Shown in pieces: positions 18,249 through 27,934 of a DNA stretch of 64,000 bases; position 1 is the first letter of the stretch, and every line of letters begins with the position of its first letter. A model generated the notes under the pieces. That model ran no database searches. It saw only the letters and a list, made by a program, of their open reading frames with translations, and was not told the origin of the DNA. The DNA comes from an uncultured Candidatus Cloacimonadota bacterium (lineage in GTDB: Bacteria; Cloacimonadota; Cloacimonadia; Cloacimonadales; WRIO01): contig CAZNKI010000015.1 of NCBI GenBank assembly GCA_964573665.1, positions 556 through 64,555 of the forward strand. The letters run 5' to 3'. The position numbers were made by a program, and so were the translations under genes.

Positions 18249-19226
18249 ATGAAAAACGAAAAAGAATTCAGGGATTCTCTAATAAAACACAAAGTTAATC
18301 CCGTTACTATTGAATTTACAGTTGAGACGGTAAAGCATTTTCTAAAATCAAAAGCTCAAAGCATGATCTCATTGAAGAGATTTTGCAAAAAACATATCAG
18401 TTCTTCTCCAAAAGCAATGGACTATATTATTGCATTAATCCGTTATTTTTCATTTATTAAAGATAATGAAAAAATGATATATATGATCACTCTGTCAGGA
18501 ACTGAAGGCATTATTGAAAGTCAAAAAGATCGTTTGATTCAATTAAAAGGAGAAGATCTGGCAGAAGATATATTTAAAGACATCTCATTTCCACCTTTGG
18601 GTACACCTTATGAAAAATACCCTGATGTGATCAGAAAATACCTAAAAAAACTCCAAAATAAAATGCCATTAGAAGACTGCCAAAATATGCTGGCAGGTAA
18701 TCATCACCATGTATCAGAGTCTCATTTTGAAAATGAGCGTAAGAAACTGGAAGCTTGTGGCGATTTTGACCAATATTTAAGGGAAAAACATCAAACTTTA
18801 GTTGAGACTCTTCAGTTCCATTGTGATTATAAAAAACTCTGGTTTGAGCAAATCATCACTCAAGAGGTGGTAGATATGGTCAAAAACAATCAGGAAATTC
18901 AAACGGGGATTCGCAGAGGCAATCAATTATTTGTTCAAAAAATACCATACAAACCTGATGCCTGGCTCAAAGAAAAGGATCCTGTTCAGAAAAGATATCT
19001 TGCGTGTCATTGCCCATTTGTACATTCTTCTATATTAAAACCAAAAGAAAAAGTATCATCGTTATGGTGTTACTGTACTGGCGGATTTATTAAAGTATCT
19101 ATGGAAGTAATTTTTCAACAGGAAGTTAAGATCCATTTATTAGAGTCACTTCTTGATGGTCATGATCGTTGTTATTTCTGTATTGATTTACCCGAAGAGG
19201 CACTAAAGTATATAAAAGAGTCTTGA
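18249..19226 (+). CDS. hypothetical cytoplasmic protein with Cys/His-rich C-terminal motif
   Basis: 325 aa with a GGGGG RBS. Motifs CHCPFVHS, WCYCTGGF and RCYFC suggest a metal-binding site. I do not recognise the family with any confidence. Confidence 0.55.
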   Translation: MKNEKEFRDSLIKHKVNPVTIEFTVETVKHFLKSKAQSMISLKRFCKKHISSSPKAMDYIIALIRYFSFIKDNEKMIYMITLSGTEGIIESQKDRLIQLKGEDLAEDIFKDISFPPLGTPYEKYPDVIRKYLKKLQNKMPLEDCQNMLAGNHHHVSESHFENERKKLEACGDFDQYLREKHQTLVETLQFHCDYKKLWFEQIITQEVVDMVKNNQEIQTGIRRGNQLFVQKIPYKPDAWLKEKDPVQKRYLACHCPFVHSSILKPKEKVSSLWCYCTGGFIKVSMEVIFQQEVKIHLLESLLDGHDRCYFCIDLPEEALKYIKES

Positions 19227-19273
19227 TTGGTAGATCTGTAATTGATTAAAGAAAGCATCGCAGAAAATATCTA

Positions 19274-19302
19274 TTGACAAATTAGATAGATATCTCATTA
19301 TT
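19274..19302 (+). promoter_or_regulatory. sigma70-like promoter TTGACA-N17-ATTATT
   Basis: Read directly from the sequence. It is followed by an 8-bp stem, TTTTACGT (19311-19318) with ACGTAAAA (19338-19345), in the leader. Confidence 0.4.
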
Positions 19303-19431
19303 TGTTCATGTTTTACGTGATCAGTCATCAAAGACAGACGTAAAACACCATAATTGAGTTATCTAAGAATTTTTAATAGAGATAATATCATACTTAGTAC
19401 AAGTAAATTTTTTCTTAAAGAGGAGAATACT

Positions 19432-20274
19432 ATGAAGATCATCGATTGTCATTTACACTATTCAAAGATTGCATCATTTCATGAAGCTAGTCGGAACAAT
19501 GGTGTCAATTATTCAAAAGAAGGATTAATCGAGGAATTCAGAAAAAACAATGTAGTTAAGGGAATCATTATGGGTTTGAGTGAAAATCTTGCTAACAGTT
19601 TTCCAGATCGTGAGTCAAGTAATCCAATGCTGGCAGATTTAGACAGTCTTCCCGATTCATTTTACTACTGTGCCGGGATCAATCCACATTTGTTAAATCA
19701 TGAAAGTTTACTCCAAATTGAGAATGAATTAAGACATCCATTGTGCGTAGGCTTAAAAATATATGCAGGATATTATCACTTTTATCTACTTGATCCTGTG
19801 TACACTCCTGTTTATGAGCTGGCATGGAAATATGATCTTCCTGTTGTCATTCATACTGGGGACACCTACAGTACACAAGGACTCTTGAAATATGCTCATC
19901 CATTATTAGTTGATGAACTGGCAGTTCGCTATCCAGAGGTTAAATTTATCATCGCCCATTTAGGTAATCCCTGGTTAATGGATACTGCTGAAGTTCTATA
20001 TAAAAATAAAAATGTGTATGCCGATTTATCAGGCTTACAAGTAGGAGACGCCAAACTTTTCCAACGATTCTGCTCGCAAGAACTTTATCTCAACATGTTT
20101 CGAAGTGCACTCATCCTGGCGGATGCTTATGATAAGCTGATTTATGGATCAGACTGGCCTTTAGCGCCCATCGACATCTATATTGATTTTATCAAACAAA
20201 TCATCCCTGCCGAACATCAAGAAGCGGTATTTTACAAAAATGCCTTAAATTTATTCACCCGCTTAAGCAATTAA
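19432..20274 (+). CDS. metal-dependent TIM-barrel amidohydrolase (amidohydrolase-2-like)
   Basis: N-terminus MKIIDCHLHY (HxH metal motif), internal VVIHTGD and IIAHLG, and GSDWP near the C-terminus. ATG at 19432 follows AGGAG; the track start at 19354 is a TTG extension. Confidence 0.8.
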   Translation: MKIIDCHLHYSKIASFHEASRNNGVNYSKEGLIEEFRKNNVVKGIIMGLSENLANSFPDRESSNPMLADLDSLPDSFYYCAGINPHLLNHESLLQIENELRHPLCVGLKIYAGYYHFYLLDPVYTPVYELAWKYDLPVVIHTGDTYSTQGLLKYAHPLLVDELAVRYPEVKFIIAHLGNPWLMDTAEVLYKNKNVYADLSGLQVGDAKLFQRFCSQELYLNMFRSALILADAYDKLIYGSDWPLAPIDIYIDFIKQIIPAEHQEAVFYKNALNLFTRLSN

Positions 20275-20286
20275 AAGGAATTTTAA

Positions 20287-23200
20287 ATGTCAGAAATAAA
20301 AATCGTTGAATATACACCTTCTTTAGCAAAAAGTATTGCTGAAATGTGGAACAATAGCGGAGAAGGCTGGAATGGAGATGCTGGCAACAGTACAGAACAA
20401 AGTACAATCGAAAAAGAAGCTCAGTCATCTCATTTAAATCTATACATCGCCCTTGATGGCGATAAAGTTGTTGGTTATTGCAAACTTTCAAAGTATGCGT
20501 ATGACGAACAAACCCTGTACATCGACCTGCTCAATGTTTTACCCACTTATCACGGGAAAAAAGTCGGAAAACTTCTTGTTTTAAAGTCAGTTGAACGAAC
20601 AATTGAACTCAATTATCCTCGTCTTGACTTATTTACCTGGGCTGGAAATACCAAAGCGGTTCCTCTATATAAAAAAACTGGCTTCTTTTGGGAAAAAATG
20701 GAAAGCAACTCAACTCATCTAATGAATTTTATTCCAACTGTGCTTAACACAGAACTTATTCGTCATTATTTTGATGAGATTGACTGGTATAATGATTCAA
20801 AAAGAGAATTAGAAATCGAACCCGATGGTCAAAAAGAGAATGGATTTGACTTCTATCACTATACCTGGGAGAAAAATGACAAATATCTCAATGTCGGATT
20901 TGAAAAAACCGGGCGAGGCATTGCAAAAATTGACTGTGATGAATTTTCAATTGAAACGATCGTCAATGATGCAAAGCTTGTTTTTGGACAAAAACACCAG
21001 ATTACCTATAAGGTAAATAATAAAACTCAAAAACCCTTATTGCTTGAAATTAAAGGTAAAGACAATAAGAATATTCAGTTTGATTTCAACATTTCTAAGG
21101 AGATTATCGACTGCGAGAGCATTACAACGGACTTTTATCTGGATCAAATAGAGAAGACTCAAACCCAGTGGACAACACATCCAGTTGTTTTATCTGAAAT
21201 CTCCATTAATCATAAAAAAGCTTTATTCAAAACAGGTATCAATCCTCAGTTTCCGCTTGTTTTTAAAACCTTTAATGGAGAAATGTTCCACAAAGATCAA
21301 GAATCAGAAATCATCTTCAATCTGGAAAACAATTTTTATGAGGATTGTGAGTTTACTGTTGAATTACCAGAGAGTGATACGCTTAAATTTGCTCAAAAGA
21401 CCCTAACTGTCCAATTAAAAGCTAAAGAGAAAAGCAGTGTAACAGCAAAGGCCGTCCTCTCCAACTCCAGCATCATTAAAACAAAGATCCCAATCAATGT
21501 AAGATTCATTGAAAGCAACAATGATTGGAAATATGAACAAGCCTTTATACTCAACATAGGCACATATAATGGGAATAATTATGGTGAAACACAAACGACT
21601 TACTTTATGAGCCTTGATAAGCTTTATTTTTGGATTGATAATAGTGTAGAATGTAATGAAATACATTTCAGAAATATCATTAGCTATGCATGGGCATCTA
21701 TCGGAATCCCTAAAGTGGGTAAGCCGTTCAGTTCTGAGTTTAACAACAAAAGAGCTGAAAAAATAGCATTCAATCGAACATTTGATTATAGCGAAATGAT
21801 TGCTTATTATCTTTCGGATGACTTCAAGGGTTGTGAATTCGCTTGCCATTATCGGTTATTCCCAAGCGGGATTTTGGAGTATTTCATTGAGATGATTACA
21901 TTTCCAAATGATCTGACAGAGGTACAAATCTGTTATTCAGCTTCGTTTGATCACCGGCACTTACAGTTTTCTTATGAAGGGAAAATCATTCATACAGATG
22001 ATCTTCTTTATAATGACGCAGATTTAAGCAATTGGGATGGCAAAAAGATTGATGAAAACTGGTTGTATAATGAACAAGGACAAAACACTTTTGCATTAAT
22101 TTGGGATAAAGAATTGAAGCCAATCAACTGTTCATGGTACTTTTCATTTGAACATAAGTTTAATCAGGAATCTTCCCGACAGAGCAAATCCATCTATATT
22201 GCTTTGGATTACTTCAACTCAGTTAAAAAAGTACGAGAGTTTGCACTCAGAAAAGAAGTTGAAAATAAAAAGGCATTTCAAAGTCTTAATCTTCTCGTGA
22301 ATGAAGGGAATCCATTTGTTACAGAAAACTGCAATGTATCATATATTGATTTCAAAGACGCAGCTTTAGAATGTACGGTTAACTTAAAATCTGGCAACCA
22401 TTCTTTTGAGACGATATCTTCATCAGTAAGCAAAAAAGAAGATAAGCGACAACTTGATTTCCTGATTAAGCTTAATAAAAATCAAAGCTTACAATTTATT
22501 GAAGCAGAAGCCAAGTATTTAACCAAAGATTTTTATTTTAAAAAAGCATGCTTTATGAAAGAAAAGGGCGATATTCTTTGTAAAGTATCTGAAAGAGAAC
22601 AACATCAAATCTATGAAGTCAACAATGGCATTTTCACGATTCAATCATCTCCTGAGTTTGCACCATCATTATTCTCGTTAAAGTATCAAGATCAGGAATG
22701 GCTGAACAGTGATTTTCCTGTCAAAGGACCAAAAGCGTGGTGGAATCCATGGTTTGGCGGTTTATGCCATATGCCAAGCTCTATAAAATCACTCTTTTAT
22801 CTTGAAGAAAAAACAAGTGTTCAATTTACCAAAAAGAAGGACAATTTTGCCAATGAATGGGAAGGGTTAGAAATCACAACCTATTTTGAAAATTATGAGC
22901 CACTAAAAGGCATGACCATCAAACAATACTATCTGATGATGCCCTATCTGCCGATTCTCTTGACCTATGCGATCATTACACAAGAAAAAGGAATCTCACA
23001 ATATATCAGTCCTTACTGTGAATTATTCCCAAAAACTGATGAAGATATCAAAAACACACGCTTTGATTATGAATATAAGGGCGAGAATATCATGACTAAG
23101 TGTGGTGTTGAAGATATCGGTTTTAGTTCTGATTCAAGTTTAAGTCGGTTCTATGGAAATAATCGCAAAGAAAAACTATACTTCTACAATAATGAAGTAT

Positions 23201-23382
23201 ACAGCAGTATGGGAATTGGTTCAAACTTAAGTGTAACTAACTGCTCTTATAACAATAATAAAACCACAATACTCAAGAATGATAAAACTATAATTATTGC
23301 ACCAAAATTTCTTATTATTTCTGAACAAGAAATTAAAGAAAGCGAACTGATCGATCTTAAAAATATCAATCAGTTCAAATAA
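20287..23382 (+). CDS. 1031-aa fusion: N-terminal GNAT acetyltransferase domain plus ~880-aa uncharacterised domain
   Basis: Residues ~1-150 show a GNAT pattern (VVGYCKL ... LLNVLPTYHGKKVGKLLV ... YKKTGF). I see no recognisable motifs in the remainder. No signal peptide. Confidence 0.7.
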   Translation: MSEIKIVEYTPSLAKSIAEMWNNSGEGWNGDAGNSTEQSTIEKEAQSSHLNLYIALDGDKVVGYCKLSKYAYDEQTLYIDLLNVLPTYHGKKVGKLLVLKSVERTIELNYPRLDLFTWAGNTKAVPLYKKTGFFWEKMESNSTHLMNFIPTVLNTELIRHYFDEIDWYNDSKRELEIEPDGQKENGFDFYHYTWEKNDKYLNVGFEKTGRGIAKIDCDEFSIETIVNDAKLVFGQKHQITYKVNNKTQKPLLLEIKGKDNKNIQFDFNISKEIIDCESITTDFYLDQIEKTQTQWTTHPVVLSEISINHKKALFKTGINPQFPLVFKTFNGEMFHKDQESEIIFNLENNFYEDCEFTVELPESDTLKFAQKTLTVQLKAKEKSSVTAKAVLSNSSIIKTKIPINVRFIESNNDWKYEQAFILNIGTYNGNNYGETQTTYFMSLDKLYFWIDNSVECNEIHFRNIISYAWASIGIPKVGKPFSSEFNNKRAEKIAFNRTFDYSEMIAYYLSDDFKGCEFACHYRLFPSGILEYFIEMITFPNDLTEVQICYSASFDHRHLQFSYEGKIIHTDDLLYNDADLSNWDGKKIDENWLYNEQGQNTFALIWDKELKPINCSWYFSFEHKFNQESSRQSKSIYIALDYFNSVKKVREFALRKEVENKKAFQSLNLLVNEGNPFVTENCNVSYIDFKDAALECTVNLKSGNHSFETISSSVSKKEDKRQLDFLIKLNKNQSLQFIEAEAKYLTKDFYFKKACFMKEKGDILCKVSEREQHQIYEVNNGIFTIQSSPEFAPSLFSLKYQDQEWLNSDFPVKGPKAWWNPWFGGLCHMPSSIKSLFYLEEKTSVQFTKKKDNFANEWEGLEITTYFENYEPLKGMTIKQYYLMMPYLPILLTYAIITQEKGISQYISPYCELFPKTDEDIKNTRFDYEYKGENIMTKCGVEDIGFSSDSSLSRFYGNNRKEKLYFYNNEVYSSMGIGSNLSVTNCSYNNNKTTILKNDKTIIIAPKFLIISEQEIKESELIDLKNINQFK

Positions 23383-23468
23383 TTTACAAAGTACACAGTG
23401 TCTCAGATAATGGGGCACTGTGTGTTTATTGATATACGAGACAATTTTGGTTTGAAAAATGAGGTATA

Positions 23469-24797
23469 ATGGATCAACTATTATCAATTTATGAGACAGA
23501 TCCCCAAAAGTATTATCATGAACTCGATAAAATTTATGCTAATATGCTTCTCCACAATCATTCAAAACTTGATACTTATCACTTTTACTATTTAATCAAA
23601 TTCAAAAGTATAAAAAACTATGTTATCGACAGATTAAGAACGAAGTTGCAAGAAAGCCAAAAAATTGAAGACACTCAGAGATATTTGTATGATTTAATGT
23701 CAATATATCTATGCTCACGAGACATAGATGGATTTAACGATATACTTGTTCAAAAATCACAAATAAGTGATCCAGGGCTCGTTTTTGGGCTTGATTTCAA
23801 ACCTATCAATCACCTTGTTGAACTTGAAGATTCAGAAGCGATCACATTTATTGCTGATGATCAGGCAGATTTAGCTATATGCAAATCGCTTATTGCTGGT
23901 TTGTCTGAAACTGTAAACAAAGAATTTCAGACCTTCTTTCCTAAACCTCAAGTCTTTTTATTAAGAGGAAAAGGACCTTCGCCATATTATAAGCCTTTAA
24001 ATTGTGCATTTCTCATGGTCGGGCATTACTGTGGTTCAATGTATGAAAGAAAGATTTTCTCAACTTCAGTTACTCATGAGTTAACTCATCTTCAGTATGG
24101 GATTTATCAAAAAGTAAATATTACTAAAGAAAGTCTTAACCCCTACAAATTCTTTGATGAGGGTCTTGCAATTCAAAAGTCTTATTTATTCCTCTCTGAT
24201 TATCAGCAGTATTTCACAAAATTCAGAAACAGTGCATCTATTATCCATCGATATTCAACTCATACTACAATGGAAATAATGGAAAACTGGTTCTCTCTAA
24301 CTTTTAATGATATTCATATCCCCACTTATGATTATGCCTGTTCGTTTGTAAACTTTATTGATGAACTTTTCCCTTTAAAAAGATGTAAAACTTTCTATAA
24401 AGAATGGCTATCTCAAACTCAGATTACTTCGATTAAAGATTATTTTAAAACGTTCTATTCTGTTGACATTGAAACTATTAATCAAAAATGGATTGATGAA
24501 CTAGATAATTATTCTTCATTATCAAATTATGAAAATAATACGAGTATTGAGTTTATACATAAAGATGAGAACTCTTGCATTTTCAAATATTCATCAAAAT
24601 TTGAATTATGGATCCATTCAGACATCTTCTGCATATCTCAAGATAGGATTAAGCCTATATCAATCAATAATAGTGACGGATTAAGGTATAAAAAATCAGG
24701 ACATTTTAGTATTCAAGCATCAAAAGAAGAACTTTCTAATATATTCTTCATTGTATTGTTTAAAGACAACGTAGATCTCATAAAATTACAAGACTAG
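23469..24797 (+). CDS. putative cytoplasmic zinc metallopeptidase (gluzincin-like HExxH ... E)
   Basis: HELTH motif, followed 24 residues later by FFDEGLA, which resembles the M1-type third zinc-ligand motif. No signal peptide. Confidence 0.55.
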   Translation: MDQLLSIYETDPQKYYHELDKIYANMLLHNHSKLDTYHFYYLIKFKSIKNYVIDRLRTKLQESQKIEDTQRYLYDLMSIYLCSRDIDGFNDILVQKSQISDPGLVFGLDFKPINHLVELEDSEAITFIADDQADLAICKSLIAGLSETVNKEFQTFFPKPQVFLLRGKGPSPYYKPLNCAFLMVGHYCGSMYERKIFSTSVTHELTHLQYGIYQKVNITKESLNPYKFFDEGLAIQKSYLFLSDYQQYFTKFRNSASIIHRYSTHTTMEIMENWFSLTFNDIHIPTYDYACSFVNFIDELFPLKRCKTFYKEWLSQTQITSIKDYFKTFYSVDIETINQKWIDELDNYSSLSNYENNTSIEFIHKDENSCIFKYSSKFELWIHSDIFCISQDRIKPISINNSDGLRYKKSGHFSIQASKEELSNIFFIVLFKDNVDLIKLQD

Positions 24798-24835
24798 TTT
24801 CATTAATTTTTATACTATTTATGAGAAAACTGGTC

Positions 24836-26863
24836 TTACATTTTCAATATCAGGTGATCTCCCTTATTCTCCAAAATCAATACTTTTTGCTTAAGGTTTT
24901 CATGATTGATTTGTTCTTTAAACTGATAATAATATTCTTCTCTACCCGTTCCATGCATCGGAATAATATGTTTTGGATTAAACGATCTAATCATATATTG
25001 ATTGCTTTGATTTAAGGCATCGGTATTGCTGAAACCACAACCAACAACAGGGATAAAAGCAAGGTCAACATCCTTTATCGTCTGACTGATTCTATCAATG
25101 CTTTGAGTATAAGTATTTGGCCACTCATTACCCATGAATAAGGCATCACCAGGATGTAGCAGTTTAAAATCAGAAGTTTGAATAACAAATCCTAAACCAC
25201 CATCAATCGGAGACTTAAAAGTATCTATTTTAAGGTCAGAAAAAGAATAAGTCGTATCCGCTTTTAAAATATTGTAATTGGGCAGTTCAAATGGGTGATT
25301 TGTAAATGTCTGAAAAGAATTAGGGTCAAATCCAAAATAGTATTCAATTGAAGGATTCGATTTTTGCCAGTCAGTGATTAATGGATCAAAATGATCACTA
25401 TGTTCATGACTGACAAAGACAAATACTTTTTTATCTTTTAAAAATTCAGGACTAATCTGAGCATTGTCAATTGATGGTTCATCTGAAAAAGGTAATTGAG
25501 CATAATAGTCAAAAATATAAAAAGCATCTTTATATTGAATCATAAATCCGCTATTACCTGTATGATAAATAAGCATTTCATCTTTCTTTAACTTTTTTGC
25601 GATATCATCGTAGTATTTTTGTGAATTTTTCTTAAATTGATCAGGAGATAAGAGTTTTGCGATTTTCTGATTCTTATATTTTAACGCATAATCATAGGCA
25701 GTCATTGAGTGCTGATCTTTATGATCAATTTTTGCTTTATTCTCAATCAGTAGCGTTACTATTTCCTGATATCCCTTAATTGAAGCAATGATCAGCGGTG
25801 TTTGCCCATTTTGATCTACAACATCTGTCTCAGATTTGAGTTTAAGCAAGGCTTTAAATGCCTCAATTTTATTGCTTTCACATGCGATAAATAGGGCATT
25901 CTTGCCAATGTTATTTTTTTGATGAACATCAGCTCCTGCACTAATAAGCAATTTAAAGGCATCCAAAGAATCTGCATATAATGAAAACATCAAAGGAGTT
26001 TCACCTGATTCTGACTTTTTGTTAATATCAGCACCCGATTTGATGAGCATTTGCACCATTTCTGGATTAGATCTGCAAGCTTGATGTAAATACAAATCTT
26101 CCCATGTATCGCCAGAATTTATTATCTGATCAATATGATTTAAAAATAATTTCACAATTTCTAATTGGTTTAATCTTATAGCATAGAATATTACATCAGC
26201 TCCCTGAGCATCTTTTATGTATAGATCTGGATTTTTCTTAAGAATTTTTTGAATGATACTCTGATTTCTAGCAAAAACTGCCAATTGTAAAGCTGTCGCC
26301 TGATAATTATTATTTGCTTTTAAGTTAACATTTGCGCCATTCTCAAGCAAGAAATCAATTAGTTGTTCTTTGTTTCGATATACTGCGAGGTGTAAAGGCG
26401 TCATCCCGTTTGAAAAATACTGATTTATTGAATAAGACTTGCTTAATAAGTCTTTCAAAATTTCAATATTGCTTCCATTTATTGTATATAATAAAGTGAG
26501 ATTCTGAGGATCATTAGGATCACTGATTAATGCTCCGTGAATAAGCATCCAATCGTACAATTCTTTATTGCCTTGAAGACAGGCATACATAATCGGAGTA
26601 TCATGTTCCATCGTTTCTTTATTGATATCAGCACCTTTGAGAATCAGCGTTTTTGCCAAATCAAAGCGTTTAAATGCTAAAGCATAATGCAGTATCGTAT
26701 TGCCCTGGGAAATATCCTTGTTTAAGTATTCTGGATTTGCTTCTAATAATTGGTAGATATCAGCATCAGTCAAACGGTTTTCCATAATATCCTGATCGGA
26801 AATTGAGTATAAAACGCTACTCAATAATAAGCATAAGAGAACAATCAATTCTTGTATTTTCAT
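24836..26863 (-). CDS. secreted ankyrin-repeat protein fused to a C-terminal MBL-fold metallo-hydrolase domain
   Basis: Signal peptide. About 12 ankyrin repeats (G.T.LH.A ... LI..GADIN pattern). C-terminal HxHxDH motif (VSHEHSDHFD). ATG at 26863 follows a GGGG RBS; the track start at 26890 is a TTG. Confidence 0.8.
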   Translation of the reverse strand: MKIQELIVLLCLLLSSVLYSISDQDIMENRLTDADIYQLLEANPEYLNKDISQGNTILHYALAFKRFDLAKTLILKGADINKETMEHDTPIMYACLQGNKELYDWMLIHGALISDPNDPQNLTLLYTINGSNIEILKDLLSKSYSINQYFSNGMTPLHLAVYRNKEQLIDFLLENGANVNLKANNNYQATALQLAVFARNQSIIQKILKKNPDLYIKDAQGADVIFYAIRLNQLEIVKLFLNHIDQIINSGDTWEDLYLHQACRSNPEMVQMLIKSGADINKKSESGETPLMFSLYADSLDAFKLLISAGADVHQKNNIGKNALFIACESNKIEAFKALLKLKSETDVVDQNGQTPLIIASIKGYQEIVTLLIENKAKIDHKDQHSMTAYDYALKYKNQKIAKLLSPDQFKKNSQKYYDDIAKKLKKDEMLIYHTGNSGFMIQYKDAFYIFDYYAQLPFSDEPSIDNAQISPEFLKDKKVFVFVSHEHSDHFDPLITDWQKSNPSIEYYFGFDPNSFQTFTNHPFELPNYNILKADTTYSFSDLKIDTFKSPIDGGLGFVIQTSDFKLLHPGDALFMGNEWPNTYTQSIDRISQTIKDVDLAFIPVVGCGFSNTDALNQSNQYMIRSFNPKHIIPMHGTGREEYYYQFKEQINHENLKQKVLILENKGDHLILKM

Positions 26864-27005
26864 TCGTTCACCCCTTTTATATTGAACCAAGATTTCAGAA
26901 ATCTACTATTTTTTTATGCCTTTGTCAAACAAAAACTTAATGAAGAATCTCTCTAACAGCATTTTGCTTCATAAATCTCCCTTTTTGAATAGCAAAGAAA
27001 TTCAC

Positions 27006-27034
27006 TTGACATCAGTTTAAGTCGAAAGATAATT
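27006..27034 (+). promoter_or_regulatory. sigma70-like promoter TTGACA-N17-ATAATT
   Basis: Read directly from the sequence, upstream of the ybaN-like gene. Confidence 0.45.
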
Positions 27035-27054
27035 AGAAGCGATAAGGATAAATC

Positions 27055-27450
27055 ATGAAACATATAAAAAAGCATAGTATATACTTACGCGCATTACTCT
27101 ACTTATGTGGGATTGTTGCAATGATCGTTGGGATTGTTGGAGTTTTTGTTCCTTTGCTCCCAACAGTACCATTTTTACTATTAGCTTCCATATGTTTTGT
27201 GAACAGTTCTGAGAAAGCACATCGTTTCTTGCATCAAAACCGCTTGTTTGGTGCACAGTTTCACGATTACCAGGCAGGAAAAGGGATCAATCTGATATCA
27301 AAGATTTGGACATTGAGCATACTCTGGATATCAATACTAAGCAGTATTATTTTTCTGATCCCTAAATCAAACATCATCATAAAATTACTCTTACTATTCA
27401 TTGCAGTCGCAGTCAGTATTCATATAATTTTAATCAAAACCAAATCATAA
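27055..27450 (+). CDS. ybaN: YbaN-family (DUF454) inner-membrane protein
   Basis: GIVGVFVPLLPTVPFLLLASICF motif typical of DUF454. 131 aa with several TM helices. Confidence 0.75.
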   Translation: MKHIKKHSIYLRALLYLCGIVAMIVGIVGVFVPLLPTVPFLLLASICFVNSSEKAHRFLHQNRLFGAQFHDYQAGKGINLISKIWTLSILWISILSSIIFLIPKSNIIIKLLLLFIAVAVSIHIILIKTKS

Positions 27451-27460
27451 AGGAGAATCC

Positions 27461-27934
27461 ATGTTACGCAATAAAAATAATGACTTTAAGTTCATCGCTA
27501 TAGATCGTCACAATTGGGAAGAAGCATTGAATATAAAAGTAAGAAGAGATCAAAAGAAATTTGTACCCTCTGTCTTAGAGTCATTGGCATGTGCCTATAT
27601 CAAGCCTTGGGATGAAGCATTTGATCCTTACCTCATTAAATGTAATGGAAAATCAGTAGGCATCTTTTATCTGTCTTACACTCCAAATAGCATTGATAAC
27701 TACTGGATCGGTGGATTTCAAATTGATAAAAAGAGTCAGGGAAAAGGGATTGGCAAGAAAGCATTTATGGCAATCATAGAATTTATTAAAAAAACTCATA
27801 CTCACTGCAAACTCATTTCTTTAACTGTTGAAAAATCAAATACTTTGGCAGCTAATCTCTATTCTCAATGCAATTTTATCACTGATGGTCAGTGTAATCG
27901 TGATGATGAAGTGATATATCGATATGCATTTTAA
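27461..27934 (+). CDS. GNAT-family N-acetyltransferase
   Basis: 157 aa with an acetyl-CoA-binding pattern QGKGIGKKAF. AGGAG RBS. Confidence 0.8.
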   Translation: MLRNKNNDFKFIAIDRHNWEEALNIKVRRDQKKFVPSVLESLACAYIKPWDEAFDPYLIKCNGKSVGIFYLSYTPNSIDNYWIGGFQIDKKSQGKGIGKKAFMAIIEFIKKTHTHCKLISLTVEKSNTLAANLYSQCNFITDGQCNRDDEVIYRYAF

